From the NCBI GenBank assembly GCA_964036045.1, contig OZ038378.1:3038001-3102000 (forward strand): a stretch of 64,000 nt of DNA, written 5' to 3'. The notes beneath the pieces are model-generated. The model did no database searches and was not told the origin of the DNA. It was given only the letters and a program-made list of their open reading frames with translations. Both the position numbers and the translations under genes were made by a program. This document shows positions 22,365 through 47,700 of the stretch, piece after piece. The stretch comes from Eutreptiella sp. 'Long Island Sound 2002'. Taxonomy: Eukaryota > Protista > Euglenida. Positions within the stretch are counted from its first letter, which is position 1. Every line of letters begins with the position of its first letter.

Positions 22365-23719
22365 AAGCTGGCCAAAATGGCAGGTCGCAGATGGTAAGGC
22401 CAAAGCTTGCAGCCCACGTTGTCGATGCTGGTGGTAGTGGCTCCCATATGGGGTGGAATGGCCAAGCATGAAGCAGCCAAGATGCAACTGGAGTCTTAGA
22501 AATGGTGGACGGTGGACAGCGGTCCACAAGTTGTGGAGTGGCACAGCCCGACAGACAATGCGAAATGAAGTCCAGAAGTGGAGTGGCACAGCCGTGGAGA
22601 AAATGCTAGATGCGGTCAAGAAGGATCCACAAGTTTGGGCATCCTTGTCGCCCTCTCCTCCATTGGAATGATGAAGAGGAGACACGCATTAATCGAGAAA
22701 GTATCACCGTTTTTAGGGGCTTTGTAAACACAGCTACCGACTACGACGGGAGAAGATCAAGCTACTGACTACGACGGGAGAAGATCAGCTTGAACACGTC
22801 AGATGCTTCGTAGCAAGTGGTCCGCAAAATTATTGGCTTCATTGCGGTGATTAAGCACGTGCACAAATCAAGTTTTGTAGTCTCCGTGATTTAGTTCACG
22901 ATTGATTGGTGTGCAGCGTCTCGCTTGACCAGCATAGGAATTTTGACTTCCGCCCAAATGCCAAAACTGGGCGGCATGAGTTGTAAATTGCGTGTCGGTT
23001 TGCGTGGTACGTGCATTCAGTTATCCCTCCACGGATTTCATGTGTCCTTTGGTGGGGCAAGTGACTACCCCTCTTGGGTACATCAAGTGATACAAATCCC
23101 TCCGGTGGTGTGCGAGAAATTCTAACGGTAATGCGGTCGATCAGCGGCCACCCATCAGATGACATGATGGGACGTTCACCTCAAGCTCCCACATGATCTC
23201 ACGGATGTCACGCCGCGCACGCACGCACGAAATAATTTAATTCCCCTTGGAAAGGGTTGCATCCCTCACTCAAAGGTTTCTCGTGGAGCCTTCGGTGCCA
23301 TCCTACTGTGAAATGGCATGGCGCGTATTGATGAATACTCTTCCTTACCCGGCCTAGGACAACCTTCCGGCCGACTCTCGACATGCGGATGGACAAATGA
23401 AAGACGCGCAAAAGGATACGAATGAATTCCTCGCTTGTGGGCAATGCCGCATTACGCGCTACCGGTACAAGGAGGCGGGAGGGACCGACTATTGCTTACA
23501 ATAGTTGAAGTGGAGGTAGCTTTGGCATCGGCGCAAGCGCAACCGATGCGTTCCGGAACACATTTGCGCGACGTAGCGTTGCAATTGTTAGTATTTGTGG
23601 TGAGTAAGCATGTGCTCGTACACTCTCGGCTATTGGCATGAAAACACATCATCCCACAACATTTTCGTTTTAGCTTGTGGATGGTGTACCACTAAGCGCC
23701 CACATCGTACTTTTATCAA

Positions 23720-35758
<12,039 letters not shown>

Positions 35759-38700
35759 TGCGCGCAGCGCCTGGAAACGGGAGGAAAATCGGAGAAAAAT
35801 GGGACAAATTGGGACAAATTTCCAATTTTTCCCAGTCCCATTTTCCCCATGTTTCCACAGCTTCGCCACCGTTCCCCCAAGTTCCGTTGATGAACTTGCT
35901 CGCCGAACTAGCCAACTGGCAAAATGGGATTTTCGCGACTGGCCGACATTAGCTGACTTTTTGGCCAGTGCCGATGGTTGCCAATTGGCCCTTCTCTCTG
36001 TCTTTGGCTGGGTCAAATCGGTCCCTTCATTTTGACAGGCAGGGCTAGTTCTTTTGGATGGTGCTTCTACCACGGTCACTGGTGGCCTACCCTAACCAGC
36101 AATGCTATCTTGGGCTTGTTCTGTTTGCTTCACCGCATTGTGAAGTGGAGGGGGGCATGTGGATGCCCGTCTGCGATGGGGGAGGGGACAGGGGGCAGTG
36201 CGGATGGAGATCGATGTTGGCAGATTGCTTGCTTTGCGTTGGGTGGTGCATCCGAGGCGCAGGGTGCCTTTGCATCTGCTTCTGGTGTGTGGGGGGGGGA
36301 CTGCTGGTGGTGGTTTTGGGTGCCCTGGCAGCAGCGACGTCCGTGGGCGGGGGGGGGGGGCGCAGGGGCAGTCATGAGGATCGTTGGTGTGCGACCAGCT
36401 CTGGCAATGTTGTCTGGCCCGACGGCAAGGGTGGCCTTCCGAGAGGGGATTTGGGGACAGCAGGGCGTTGTGGACGGGGTACTGTCTGCGCCCTGTCACT
36501 GTGTGGGCGCAGACACAGTCCCAACACACCAACTACTGGGCTCCGCGAACGCGGAAACGACACCAGCAAGAGCACCGGCCGCAGCGGCCGACAGAAAGCA
36601 GCGACCCGACGCAACATGCGAAGGGAAGAACGGGTGACCGTCCAGGGCCCCGTAAAGGAGCAACAACCAGACGGAATGTCACACAGGGGGTATGCAACAA
36701 AGGCGGAATCGCTCAACTAATTTGCACACCCGGCACAGCGCAAAGCAATTTATCAGCGTACAATGAAGACTGTACATATGCATTGAGAGCAGGTTGCAGC
36801 CAAAGCTGTGCACACTCGGCACAGGGCAACCAACATCGTGGATGTGTGGGCGAGAGGCAGGTCTGTGGTCGATAGGCAGACCGACCATTTATGCCTACCA
36901 CTGTTGTCACATCGCACCTCTGTCAAGGCTCAATCATACCCATCAAACCTTCAGAGCCCAGAACAACTGACAGGCCCCAAGAGAGCCAATGCACAGTGTT
37001 CTCCAACACAAGGCTGCACTCCTATTTTCCGCAACCCTCCCTGTTCCACAACACAATGCAAATGGCACAGGAAAGAGGAAATGCACGGCTCACCTGGAGG
37101 CTCGGGGGTGTGGACAGGGACTCCGGCACACCTCCACGGTACAACAGAGCCGTCCACGAGGTGCTGCCTGGAATGGACTCACTTGGAGGCACAGGGGGTG
37201 TTGATGCATGCAGGTAGACCCCGCGGGGGAAGACCCTGGGCCAGGGCCGCCAGAGACAATGCCCGGCGGAGGATTCCGTCCCCCCCCCGCCCCCATTCCT
37301 GTTCAATGCCTGGACCTGCACGAAGGCGTGCAAAAGGAATCGGAACGCGCGTGTGAACGCCGGCAAAAAGTGTATTTCTCCCTGAAACTAAATTTGGACA
37401 GACCAGGCCGCGATAGATCGAAGACAAACTAGACGAGAGGGCAAGTGCGATGGCGTACTATTAGCGTGCGCATGCGCAGCTCCCTCTTTCGCTTCCAGTC
37501 TGACTCATTTGCTCTTCGTTCTGCCTCGCTCGCTCGCGGGCTGTCCATCTCCGTACTCCGCTCTCTCCTGCCCCTCCCCCTCTCTATGTGGGTGTGTGTC
37601 CTGTGCATGTCTCGAGCGGAATTAGATTTGCAGATGTTTTGTATGAAAAGCTGGTCAAACCTGTTGACCTGCCGCTGACTCTGCATCAGTCTGCCATTCG
37701 GTTTCAGCTCGAATTTAATAGTGTGACACGCCATTATCTGTGGTGTATGTTCTGTCGCATGTGTCGGGCCCATCTTTATAAAAGTGCTGGCACAACAGAA
37801 GACTGCCTCTTGCTGCATCACGGTGACCGTTTGTCGCCTCCTCAGCCCTTAACCCCGGTCCCCACACAGCCCTTGCCCCTGTCCCTTGCAACGCCTTTTC
37901 CATGCAGCCCTTACCTCTCGCCCCTTCTCCACTGCAGCCCTCACGCGTGACCACGCGGCCTCAACCTTTCCCCAGTCGCCCTTGCCCCTCTGCCACGAAG
38001 TCCTGACCGTTTACCCCTACGGACCCTTGCTCGTCTCCGCTGCAGCTCTCGCCAGTCTTGATTGGGCCCGCATGACTGTTTGCCTTCATGTACAAAGCAC
38101 GACGCCGAGTCCAGCTTGCTTACATATCCCAAGGGGGTGGGCATTGCATGCGTCTTTGGCAGCACCTCCACGCAACGCCTGTACATAAAACTGACACCGC
38201 TATGTAATGCAAAAAGTGCCTGGGCCCCGGATTTCTTTCCCCATGCCTCCTGGCATCAGGGTGACCTACTACATGCTGGGGATATGCCCCTCCATAGAGA
38301 TCCCCAGTGCACCAATACTACCTTCTCCCAAATGCTACATTTCTCTCAGCCTCGAGGTTGAGCACATATTGGCATCCTCAGTGCAGCGACCTTGGCTATC
38401 TCAGCGGTGCGGGGCACCTCCCTCCATGCGGTGGTTTGCCTTGTCCGCAGAGGCTGCAATTGGTCGGGCTGGCTGGGGTAATGGCGGATACTCATCACCG
38501 ACCTGGCCAAGTAGTTCGACGCCAGAGCCCAGGGTGTCCACCCCGTGGTGGGGTATCCATACCACGCTGGGAGAGTCAGGCTTGGGGGCCTCCGGGGTGT
38601 GTGTGTGTGTGTGGCTGGTGGAGCGATGTGGGGGGTGGCGGTCTTGTGGTGTGCTGTTGTGCCTGGCTGCCTTCAGCACGGGGGCTGTCGGGCTGTTTGC

Positions 38701-40949
38701 CTCTGGACTCGTCGATTGACAGCGTAGTTGCCTGCCGCCGCCTCGTGCTGCTTAGGGGCGGGTGGCCGGAGACCCCTGTCCTCATCCACGGGGACAGCTA
38801 CTCCTATGCCCTGCCCCGGGGCACATACCTGTCCGATGTCCTGGCACCACGACGTCTCTGCCCTGTTTTGTTCGGTGAGGCCATTTCTGCCCAACTGACC
38901 CTCCTGTCCTGTTCCGTTCTGCTGCTGTCTGCGTGTGTTGTGCCCTTTTTGAGTGAGGATTGGAGGTCGTCAGTAACTCAGTCAAACCACCCCCTCCCCG
39001 CGATCTTGAAGTCGATGGTTGCGTCCCAGGGCCCTCCTTCAGGAACCGTATTTTGCTATCTCATGCCCCAGTCTAAGAGTAAGGTGGACGGTTGGCCAGT
39101 AGAAGACGGGGCTCGGGGCCTCATCAGTGGCGCCCGCTGCTATTCGATGCGGGTTTCTCAACGGGGGCCCTTTTGCAGAAATCAAAGCGCCCCCTCTCTT
39201 TTCTTTTCGTATTTTTTTTGCGCCGTGAAACAGCACCCCAAGCAGGGTTCTGCCTCCCAAAAATGAGTGTTTACGTGTGTCAAGCAACCGGACCTGGTGT
39301 TCCACGTGCTGGATCCGGTCGTGATGCTGCAGCTGATGGCAGTCAGGACTGGGGCCATTATGTTTGCGGTGACAAAGAGGCACGAGTTGCTGAGGCTTCC
39401 AAATGAATGAGAGTCTCGTTGTTGGGGTCTGGGGTGCTAGATTTCTGGGACAACAAACGTTGGTAAGGTCATCTGTGCAAGAGCCGGCACCAGCAGCTTT
39501 CATTCAGGTGCGTTGAGACAGTGGAAATGTGGTGCATGGAATCCTCCTCCAACCCTGTCCACTGTGGGGTACACAGGTAAGTGTGCCAAATAAAAGGTAC
39601 CCATTGCGCGCGACCGTGCGGTTGCGCCCCGTCAAAAACCGCCCTCCCTGCTCCACTGTGCGACAGAGCTGAGACTGGGCTGTGCTACCCATGCCCCATC
39701 CGGTCCTCCAGTTGGCTGGTTTTCTTTTATGCATGTGCTGGGAGGAGCATGGCCTTGTGCCTGACCCCTTTTCCCCTTCCTTGCACTTCGAAATCTGCAA
39801 AACCCCACCTCCCTGCTTCCCGTTCAACCATCGGCACAACAACACAGGGATATGACTGACAACGATGCATCACAGGCTGCCCTTATGCAAGCTAACACCG
39901 TTGTGAAATCCGCACAAGGAGGGCACATGGGAAGTCTATCGAGGGACTCAGCCACACCTTCTTGTAAATGTCTAACCAAAAACATTTCATGCCTGCTGCA
40001 TGTCTTCAAGTCTGACCAGTAGAGCACAAGTGCCAGTATGAGTGGTAGGACAGGAGTCCATGGTCTTTGTAACAGTGATGCTGCGACGCTTCAGAGGTGA
40101 TTGCTGTGTTTGTCTTGTGCTGCGGGGGGCACACGGATTGCGCAGTGAAAACGTCCTACACACATCACGAACCCGAAGCTCCCTTACTGCCCTACCTGCG
40201 GTGGATGGTGAAGCCCACCAGAGAGTCCGACGTCCCGCAAACGTCTTTCGGCACGTCCCCTCATCAGCCTTACCCTGTTTCGGATCAATTTTTTTTGGGG
40301 TAGGGAGAATGGTCATCAACGGCAGAGGCTGCCCAGAAAGGCATTTGCATGGGTGCAGGTTGGTGTGTTGTGGTGCTAGTTGGTCTGTCGTGGTGCTGGT
40401 TGGAATGCGCCGTCATGAAGGGACGTTTCTCATGGAAAATGCATCTACACATGGTTTCATGTCGTTAGGCATCCCACCGACCCAACATGCCTTCATTCTC
40501 ATCACACAGTCATGGCAACACACTATTTCAATTTCTGCCCTCTGCGAGATGCTTTAAGATGACTGACGTATTCTGGCATGCCCAAAAACAATCTCAGGCT
40601 GTCAGGGCTCCCTGAAGTATGTTGTAAAAGACCAACACACCCTTGACAGTACTTGGGGAGTGTCAGACAAGACCGCCAAATCCGACTCGACGGAATACCT
40701 AAGTCCCTGCATATTTTGCCCTCAATTTCCCTATATGCATTGCCATGTATACCTCCTAGGGGTTTGCATATCACTGGCACATATTAAGCAGCAAAGAAAG
40801 TATCCAAGCTTACGTGTGCCGGGCATTACAGAACACAACCACACCTCAGCCAAGAAATGCCCACTATCTAGATGTGTGATTCAGAAAATCACTCCCAACA
40901 CACGTACACCAGTGTGGTGTAGGTGATGGATTCTCGAATACGGATTCCC

Positions 40950-42650
40950 GGAGCTGGAACGCACACTCGCATGTGCAATGGCAGCGGATCAATTAGTAGG
41001 ATAAGGGTTTTTGCTTGTCATGTTTTCGACAGTGCTTGGAGTATCAAGGCTGCTAGTCCACATACGTACAGACGGCTATTGAACGCAAGCTTCGCATTGA
41101 ATTACAGCCTTTGTAAGCTCTTTCAAGCCCTCCTCTTTGTGCATATTGCTTAGGAATACAAGAACGCATTGCTGCCTAGCTACTAACAGCAAGATGCAGC
41201 GCACCGTGGATGTATAACACTTGGTGGTCAGGAGCCCCTTGGTCCCGTTTCACATTTCCCACCTCGGTGGTGGTGAGCACCCTCCAAACTTCACTGCATG
41301 TTGGCACCAGCATGGGAGGGACACAAAGGGGTAGCTCTCCCATTCTCACATGTGGAGGTGTGAGATGATTTCCGCATAGATGTCATTTGTTGCCGAGTTC
41401 CGTAGTCCTGTTCTTTTTCTCAACATTCCTCACATGCAGCGCAGAAGCCCAAGACAGAACATTGAAATAGAAAGCAATATCTCCCTATAACTGGGGGCAA
41501 TTTTTTGATATACCTCGGGGTTTGACTTTGGTATATGTTGGTGAGTTTGGTGCCTACAGTTTTGTAATTCAGCCCCCACATTCAACCCATTCACTCCACC
41601 ACCGCTGCACACACACAAGCAACCTCCCAACTCACCCTACCTCACCACACCCCACAACCACCCTGCCCCCTTACACGGGTTTATGGGAGAGTAATGGTCG
41701 CCACAACATGACCATGTGTAGTTGGACAGCTTGTCATAGATCCTTGTGACCTTCAAAACTACATCCACGATGAAGGCCAAAAACTTCCAACAAGCAATTG
41801 TGCGGGTATGTGTCTCCAAAACTGGACAAATATCACAAATGGGCCTGCCATGCACATGTCATGTGCAAGCAAGAATCGCACAAGGCACCAAGCATAAGGC
41901 ACCAAAGCAACAGCCCACCATGTGTGGCAACGTGGCCATCAAACAATAGTCCAGTGTGTGAGGGGATGGTTGTGGTGTACTAACATGTAGCGGCCTCGGT
42001 GCGTTTGGGTATAGAGTGTCCCATGGTGTTGGCCACTTTAGTGGCCATCCACAAGTCCATGAGAGCATCGTGGTCTGGGCATGGAGGCCATTTGCCATGG
42101 ATGTGGCTCTCAGCGTAATTGACCACCCCCACGGTGATTTACTTTTTTTACTAGGTTCACAATGTAGTGATGTTCTTGGGTACATATGAAGGTGTTGTGT
42201 GCACTGCGCACATGCCATATGCGCGTTGTGCGGAAATTTAGCCTAAGTGCTTGGTGGCGGCAACATAGGCCACCATAAGTGCGTTTTGGTGCATCGGTAT
42301 TTGGATTTGGACAGACTACTTCAAGTTGCCGTATTACCAAGATGGGGTGAAGGTGGTGAATTAGGGGTGCGGCATGGAATATATGTCCGTACCATATTGG
42401 GAGTATCCACTGCCATCACCTTCCACCGTTGGCCCCCACCGTGCAGCTGCCCTCCGGCTGCACCAAGTGACCAGTGGTACGGGGGTCTAGGCGTCTTGTT
42501 GGTCGAATCTGAGGCTTGGAAACCACAAAAAGTGGGGGGTTGCGGGTGGACTAGGTGCCCTCGGAATTCAATTTTGAGCCGCGTAGCCCAAGATACGGCC
42601 CGTTCTTGGTTTTGGGCCTGTTTAACACAAACGGCGCACATTCAGGCCAT
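40950..42650 (-). mobile_element. Probable decayed retroelement remnant
   Basis: Broken protein-like frames; 42420-42570 shares ~140 bp (inverted) with 35345-35470, showing a dispersed family. No RT motif confidently seen. Confidence 0.35.
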
Positions 42651-43007
42651 TTTTAGCCATTTTTTGGGCCGTTTCTCGGACATATCGTGGAGTTAGAGGG
42701 CAACAAAGGGCTTTTGGTCACGGGGCAATCAAGGTGCACGTGCAGTGTAGCAACTGCTTCTCTTTGTTTGGCCGTTTTGAGTGGGTTTTGGGGCCATTTT
42801 GGGCCAAAAAAGGCTGTTTTGGGGCACAAAATGCGCAGTTTTGGGAGGGCACCTCCCGACTTGCCCTCCCCGCCCCGGGGCGCCATTGGTGAGTTTTGGG
42901 CTGAAAACTTGGATTTGGCAAGGGCACCACCTAGGCTTTAGGATGGCTAGAGTAGAGTAGAGCGCGGAGCGATGAGGCGGAGCAATGGCCAAAACGGAAA
43001 GGAGAAG

Positions 43008-43038
<31 letters not shown>

Positions 43039-43093
43039 TGCTTGCTTGTTAGCTAGATTTAAGGGGAGAGGGGTGTAGTAATATATGCATGTA

Positions 43094-44367
43094 TATGGGT
43101 GTTTTTGCGGCGGGGGGGGGGGGGTATTCCGTCCACTAGCAGGATTTTTCCGGTGCGGGTTGAATTTTGGAAAATGGTCGCGCCGTAGGTAGGGGTATGT
43201 TATACCTTTTTGAAATATCCAAGAAAAGGGCTTTTTGGGGATGTATGGGTTAGGGGGGGCGGGTACGGAATCACATTTTTGCGGAATTTTGGGCGGAAGT
43301 TGGACGGTTCTAACTTTTTGGGTAGTGTGCCCGTGCAGCCTGCACAGGTCATTTGGTGGGTTTTCGAAGTAAACGGGGTAGCTCTAACATATTGTCACTT
43401 CACAACACAACCAAGTAGGCTAAATTGGTGCATTTTGATGTGCCGAATCCAAAAAACCAAGAGTTAGGCCTCAACAACACAATATGACGGAGCTATGAGG
43501 TCTTTTTCGCAAACCGGTTAGGTCTTGGTCTCTATTGTGCGCATTGCTCTCCAAACGGCTTGCTTGTCAAGGTCTCCTTGTCGTCCATGCAGCAAAATTG
43601 GCAGAAATAGCGACCTCCTTGTCCTCTTTCCCATACACAAATGCAATTTCTTGCATGTTGAACCTCCTTCTTTTGGCGAGGGACAGTTGGGGAGTACCGC
43701 GAGAGGGCGATCGCCCCTTCCTTGGACTCGGAGAAAACGGGGAGGTGCTGTTCGTCGAAGACATGGCCAAAAACACAGAAAAATCCGAAATTTTGCGAAG
43801 AGGGTGTTAGGACAAGCTATGAAACCTTCAAAAATGAATTCTCCACCCTCAAAATGCGGGGGGGGTGTGCTCACCTCACAACACGTCAATCTCCTGCCCG
43901 CACACCGCTAGGGGACGGTTTTGGGGCAGGACTCACCGGGGCCATGCAGGCATCCCTGCACCCACAGCATGCAACGAGCACCAAAAATCGAAAATTGCCG
44001 CAACATATGGAAAGACCACAGCCCGAAACCTCCAAAAATGGATTCCCCAACCTTAAAATGGGGGGATGGGATGGACACCCCACAAACAACTAGAAAAAGC
44101 GGGGCCGGTGACGTCCCTTGGGCAACCTCGTCCCCTGTGACCAATCGGGTGGCACCAACCGAAAATGGCCAAAATTTCAACAAAATCCGGAATTTCTCAA
44201 ACATATCGTCAAACCAAGAGCTGAGAGCTTCAGAAATGGATTCTCCGCCCTCAAAATAAGGGGGGGGGGTGTCCCGGCACCTCACAACACCTCAATCGCC
44301 TGCCCCCACACCGCTAGTGGACGGTTTTGGGGGGTTTAGACCCCCCCTCTCCGCGAAAACACCCATA
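43094..44367. mobile_element. Non-autonomous TIR element with TA flanks and an internal ~400-bp tandem duplication
   Basis: Left TA|TATGGGTGTTTTTGCGG, right CCGCGAAAACACCCATA|TA; internal repeat TTCTCC.CCCTCAAAAT..GGGGGGG...CACCTCACAACAC.TCAATC.CCTGCC.C.CACACCGCTAG at ~43838 and ~44240. Confidence 0.75.
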
Positions 44368-44737
44368 TATAACCTTGTGATGTTGAGCTCCAGCTTTCAA
44401 CCTGTATATCACGGGTTCTGAATGGCTGAACAATTTTGAGGTTTCTTGCGGGAGCACCGCCCCAACAACGGGCAGTGTGCATGCACTGTGCCCACGCTGT
44501 GCACACACTTTGTGGAAGCTCTCCCTATGTGACCCACTTGGGCTACTCTTGGTGCCTGTTGTGCAGCACCATGGAAAGCTTGCAGCCCCAAAGTGTCTTG
44601 GCCATATGCCCTGGTCTCCTGCATTTGTTCCTAGGCACACTTTCTTCATTATGGCAGCAATAGTGCTTTGGGACTCGACAAAGGTCATTTGCTGGTCTTC
44701 TACATAATTCAACACAGGTCCTGCCCAGTGAAGAGCA

Positions 44738-47700
44738 ATGCAGAATCCCTTCTATTCCCTCCGGCCCCTGAGCAATGCCTTTGGGGTGGAGGTGCTGGGT
44801 GTGAATCTCAAGAACCAAGATCTTAGCCCTGCATTCATTGAGCAGATCAAAGAGGATTTGGTCCGCCATCGTGTCCTCCTCTTTCGGAAACAATTCGGCG
44901 TCTCAGGGCAGCGGCAGGTGCTGTTACTCTGTTTATGCCTGCGCAGTTGGCTTGGAACACATGTCTGACAGATGAGTAGAAGTCATAAGAATATTGCGGC
45001 GATTAGAGTTTGGGGATGAGGAGTTATGAGAAGAAACTCCCTCCAAAGGGCACTCTATGAAGGACCTGTGGGTTGAGCTATTGGCAGTGTGCATGCGCTT
45101 GTATTGCAGTCCGGGTGCCAATTATGATTATGATTACCACTGGGCTGAAATGGGACTAGGCAATGCTGTTTTCCTATGCAACGAATTGGGAGATATGGCG
45201 ACCAAGGTGCTTCTTCAGAACCTGGGCATGGTCAATTTGTCCCGATTGTGTCCCGATTGGGTGCCTGCAGGACCCAATGCTACTTTGGCATCTCTCCTGC
45301 ACCCCCTCACCGTTGCTAACATCGATTTGTCAGGAGGTATCTCTACACCGGCTGGCGAGAAAAGCCCCTGAAGCATGATGTGTGACCCAATGGGATCCCA
45401 GCCCTTGTGGAGAGGGACGACAATGGCGGCGATGCGGATTCGGATTGGGCCCCTGTGCAGTGCTCCGTACCGTGCATCGTCGAATTTCCAGCTCTGTAGT
45501 CAAAAAATGTGGACACCTACCCCCCCCCCCCCCCAACAGAGCCAACCACCAAGGCCGTTGTGCCCCCCCCCCCAAAAAAAAACGCATACATTTCTGAAAC
45601 GGCCTTGTCTCACAGATTTCAAAAAGTATACGTATACCCTCCCAAGGGAACCACATGTTGGCGTGCATCGGACCAAAAATTCAAAAAACCCAGGAAAAGT
45701 GCCAAAACCCACCGAGTTGGCATACTATGTATGTCCCTGAGAGATATGGTCCGACACGAATTATGAAATGATGAATCAACATGCATTGTGAAGGTGGATT
45801 ATGGCCAAGGTGAGCTCTACAACCATCACAAAGACTCCAGAAGCACAAAGCACCTACCCAATCAATGCCTGAAGCAGGTGCAGACCACACAATGCTTTAC
45901 ACAAAAGTGTCTGCACAGAGTTTGGAGTCATTAGCCCCCTTATGCACATGGCAATGGACTTCCCACCCGGAATTGAGAATCATGGCCCGGGCCATTGACA
46001 TTTGGGGGCAGGGTGGTAACTGTTAGTCCCATGCCTATTCGAATACCCATGCTCATGCTTCTGAGGCTGGGCCACCTGGTACCGGTGCATGGGGATGGGC
46101 CTCTGCGTGTCACTACCCCCATCCCGTGTGCGTGGGTGTCCGCTGTGCCACTGGTCTGTGCATCAGGTTGATCTGTCCGCCAAGTTGGGGCAGGTGGAGA
46201 GCACCTTCTACAAACACCCCAAGTCCCCGCATCCGGACATCTTTCGGGTCTCCAACGACGAGGCGGAGGGATGCCGCAACGTGGGCCGCAGTGGGTGGCA
46301 CATTGATGGCACGTTCCTGCCCACCCCCTTCCTGTACCAAACCATGTATTTCCCCAGCGCCAGCAGCGGGGGTCACACGCAGTTCATCCCCTTGCGGGAG
46401 CTTTATGAGGCCGTGCCTCCAGAGGTGCAGCGGCAGTGGGACACTTATTGGCTGGTCACTGCTGGGCGGCACGGGGGCCAGAGGACACTGGTGCACCCGC
46501 TTGTATACCGTCATCCGCTGCGGGGGGACACGACCCTTTGTTTCCACTGTGGCCCTCCGTTTGTGGCAGGTATGCAAGTGTGCCAGCCCAGTCCGGCCCT
46601 TTGCCAAGTGCACACCAGCAGTGCGGAGGGTCTGTCGGGGCATTTTGTGGGAGTTGTATAAGGATCCCACTGCACCTCGTCTTCAGAACGTGGGAATTCT
46701 GTAAGAGTTCTGTGAGAGTGGTCCGTGGTGCGGCAGAGGAGGACTATTCCCTCCCCTGTCCAAGCTACGGTTGGGAGAGGCACGGTACCAGGGCAGGGGA
46801 GAATAATCAAGAGCAATCCTGACGTGGCCTGAAGGCGCGACCTGAAACCCAATCGGTGGTGGCTCCTGCCGGCGCCTTGCTGGGCAGCATGGACAATCTG
46901 TGACGGCGCCTCACGGCGCCTTGTTGGACATTGCGGACAATGTGTGTCGTGGCTCCGCCGCGTGAGACATGAAGTACTGTTGGAATGCCAGAGTGATTCT
47001 CGAGGGTGACGACCATCGTCGATTTATGGCCAAGCTACGGTTGGGCCATGTGCCCCTCCCCCGCCCAAACTTTTTGCAGGGCTGCTTTGCAAGGCGTACT
47101 CGGTGCTGCGAAGGGGAGGAGGGGTCGTACCCCCCCCCCCCCCCCACTACACAGGCCGGGTATGGAAGGGGTATGGCATTCAGTGCTTTTTCGAAATGAG
47201 CTGGTACTAACCTATCACTGCCCGGCAAGGGTTTTCCGATGGTGTGACTCGTGTGGGCCCCGGAGGGGGGGGCGGATACTAGAGCAGTTTGTCCAGCAAT
47301 GGGCTCCCACATGGTAATCGGTTATGTAAAGTGTGCACAAGCTCCCCATGTGGACATATGGGGAGCTTGCACCTCCACCCCCACAGCCGGAACCCAGGTG
47401 CCCGGATCCGGGCAGGTGGGGACCGCAGTGGGGTTTGAGGAAACTGCTGCCTTTTATGCAGCACCACAGCCAACACCCACCTGAAGTGTGGCAGAAGTTG
47501 GACAAATTGCATTTGCTGGCCCGGGACGAAGGTTTTATCAAGCGTTGCCTCTGCTAAACGCTGCCAGTAGGTACACGAATAGAGCGGCCGGGGGGAAGCT
47601 GTGTCTTTTGGATGCAAAATTGGAAGACCATGCCCACGTTTTTCGACACTGCTTCTTCAGTTCTTTCATGTTTGACACTGTGTGCCGTGCCTTCGGCATG

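Noticed and set aside
22453-22671. 72-aa ORF with WSGTA twice
   Set aside because: GTG start, in-frame stop just upstream, no family recognised.
22668-22790. C/D snoRNA (ATGATGA...CTGA) overlapping a ~28-bp tandem duplication
   Set aside because: No terminal stem or recognisable guide; the CTGA lies within the duplication.
19972-23719. U6, U3, 5S and canonical SL RNA genes in the island
   Set aside because: I did not find their hallmark motifs (ACAGAGA/AGC, U3 boxes, euglenid or kinetoplastid leader) on either strand.
40245-40270. Minus-strand CTGATGA...GAAA hammerhead
   Set aside because: Only a 2-bp stem II, and U16.1 is missing.
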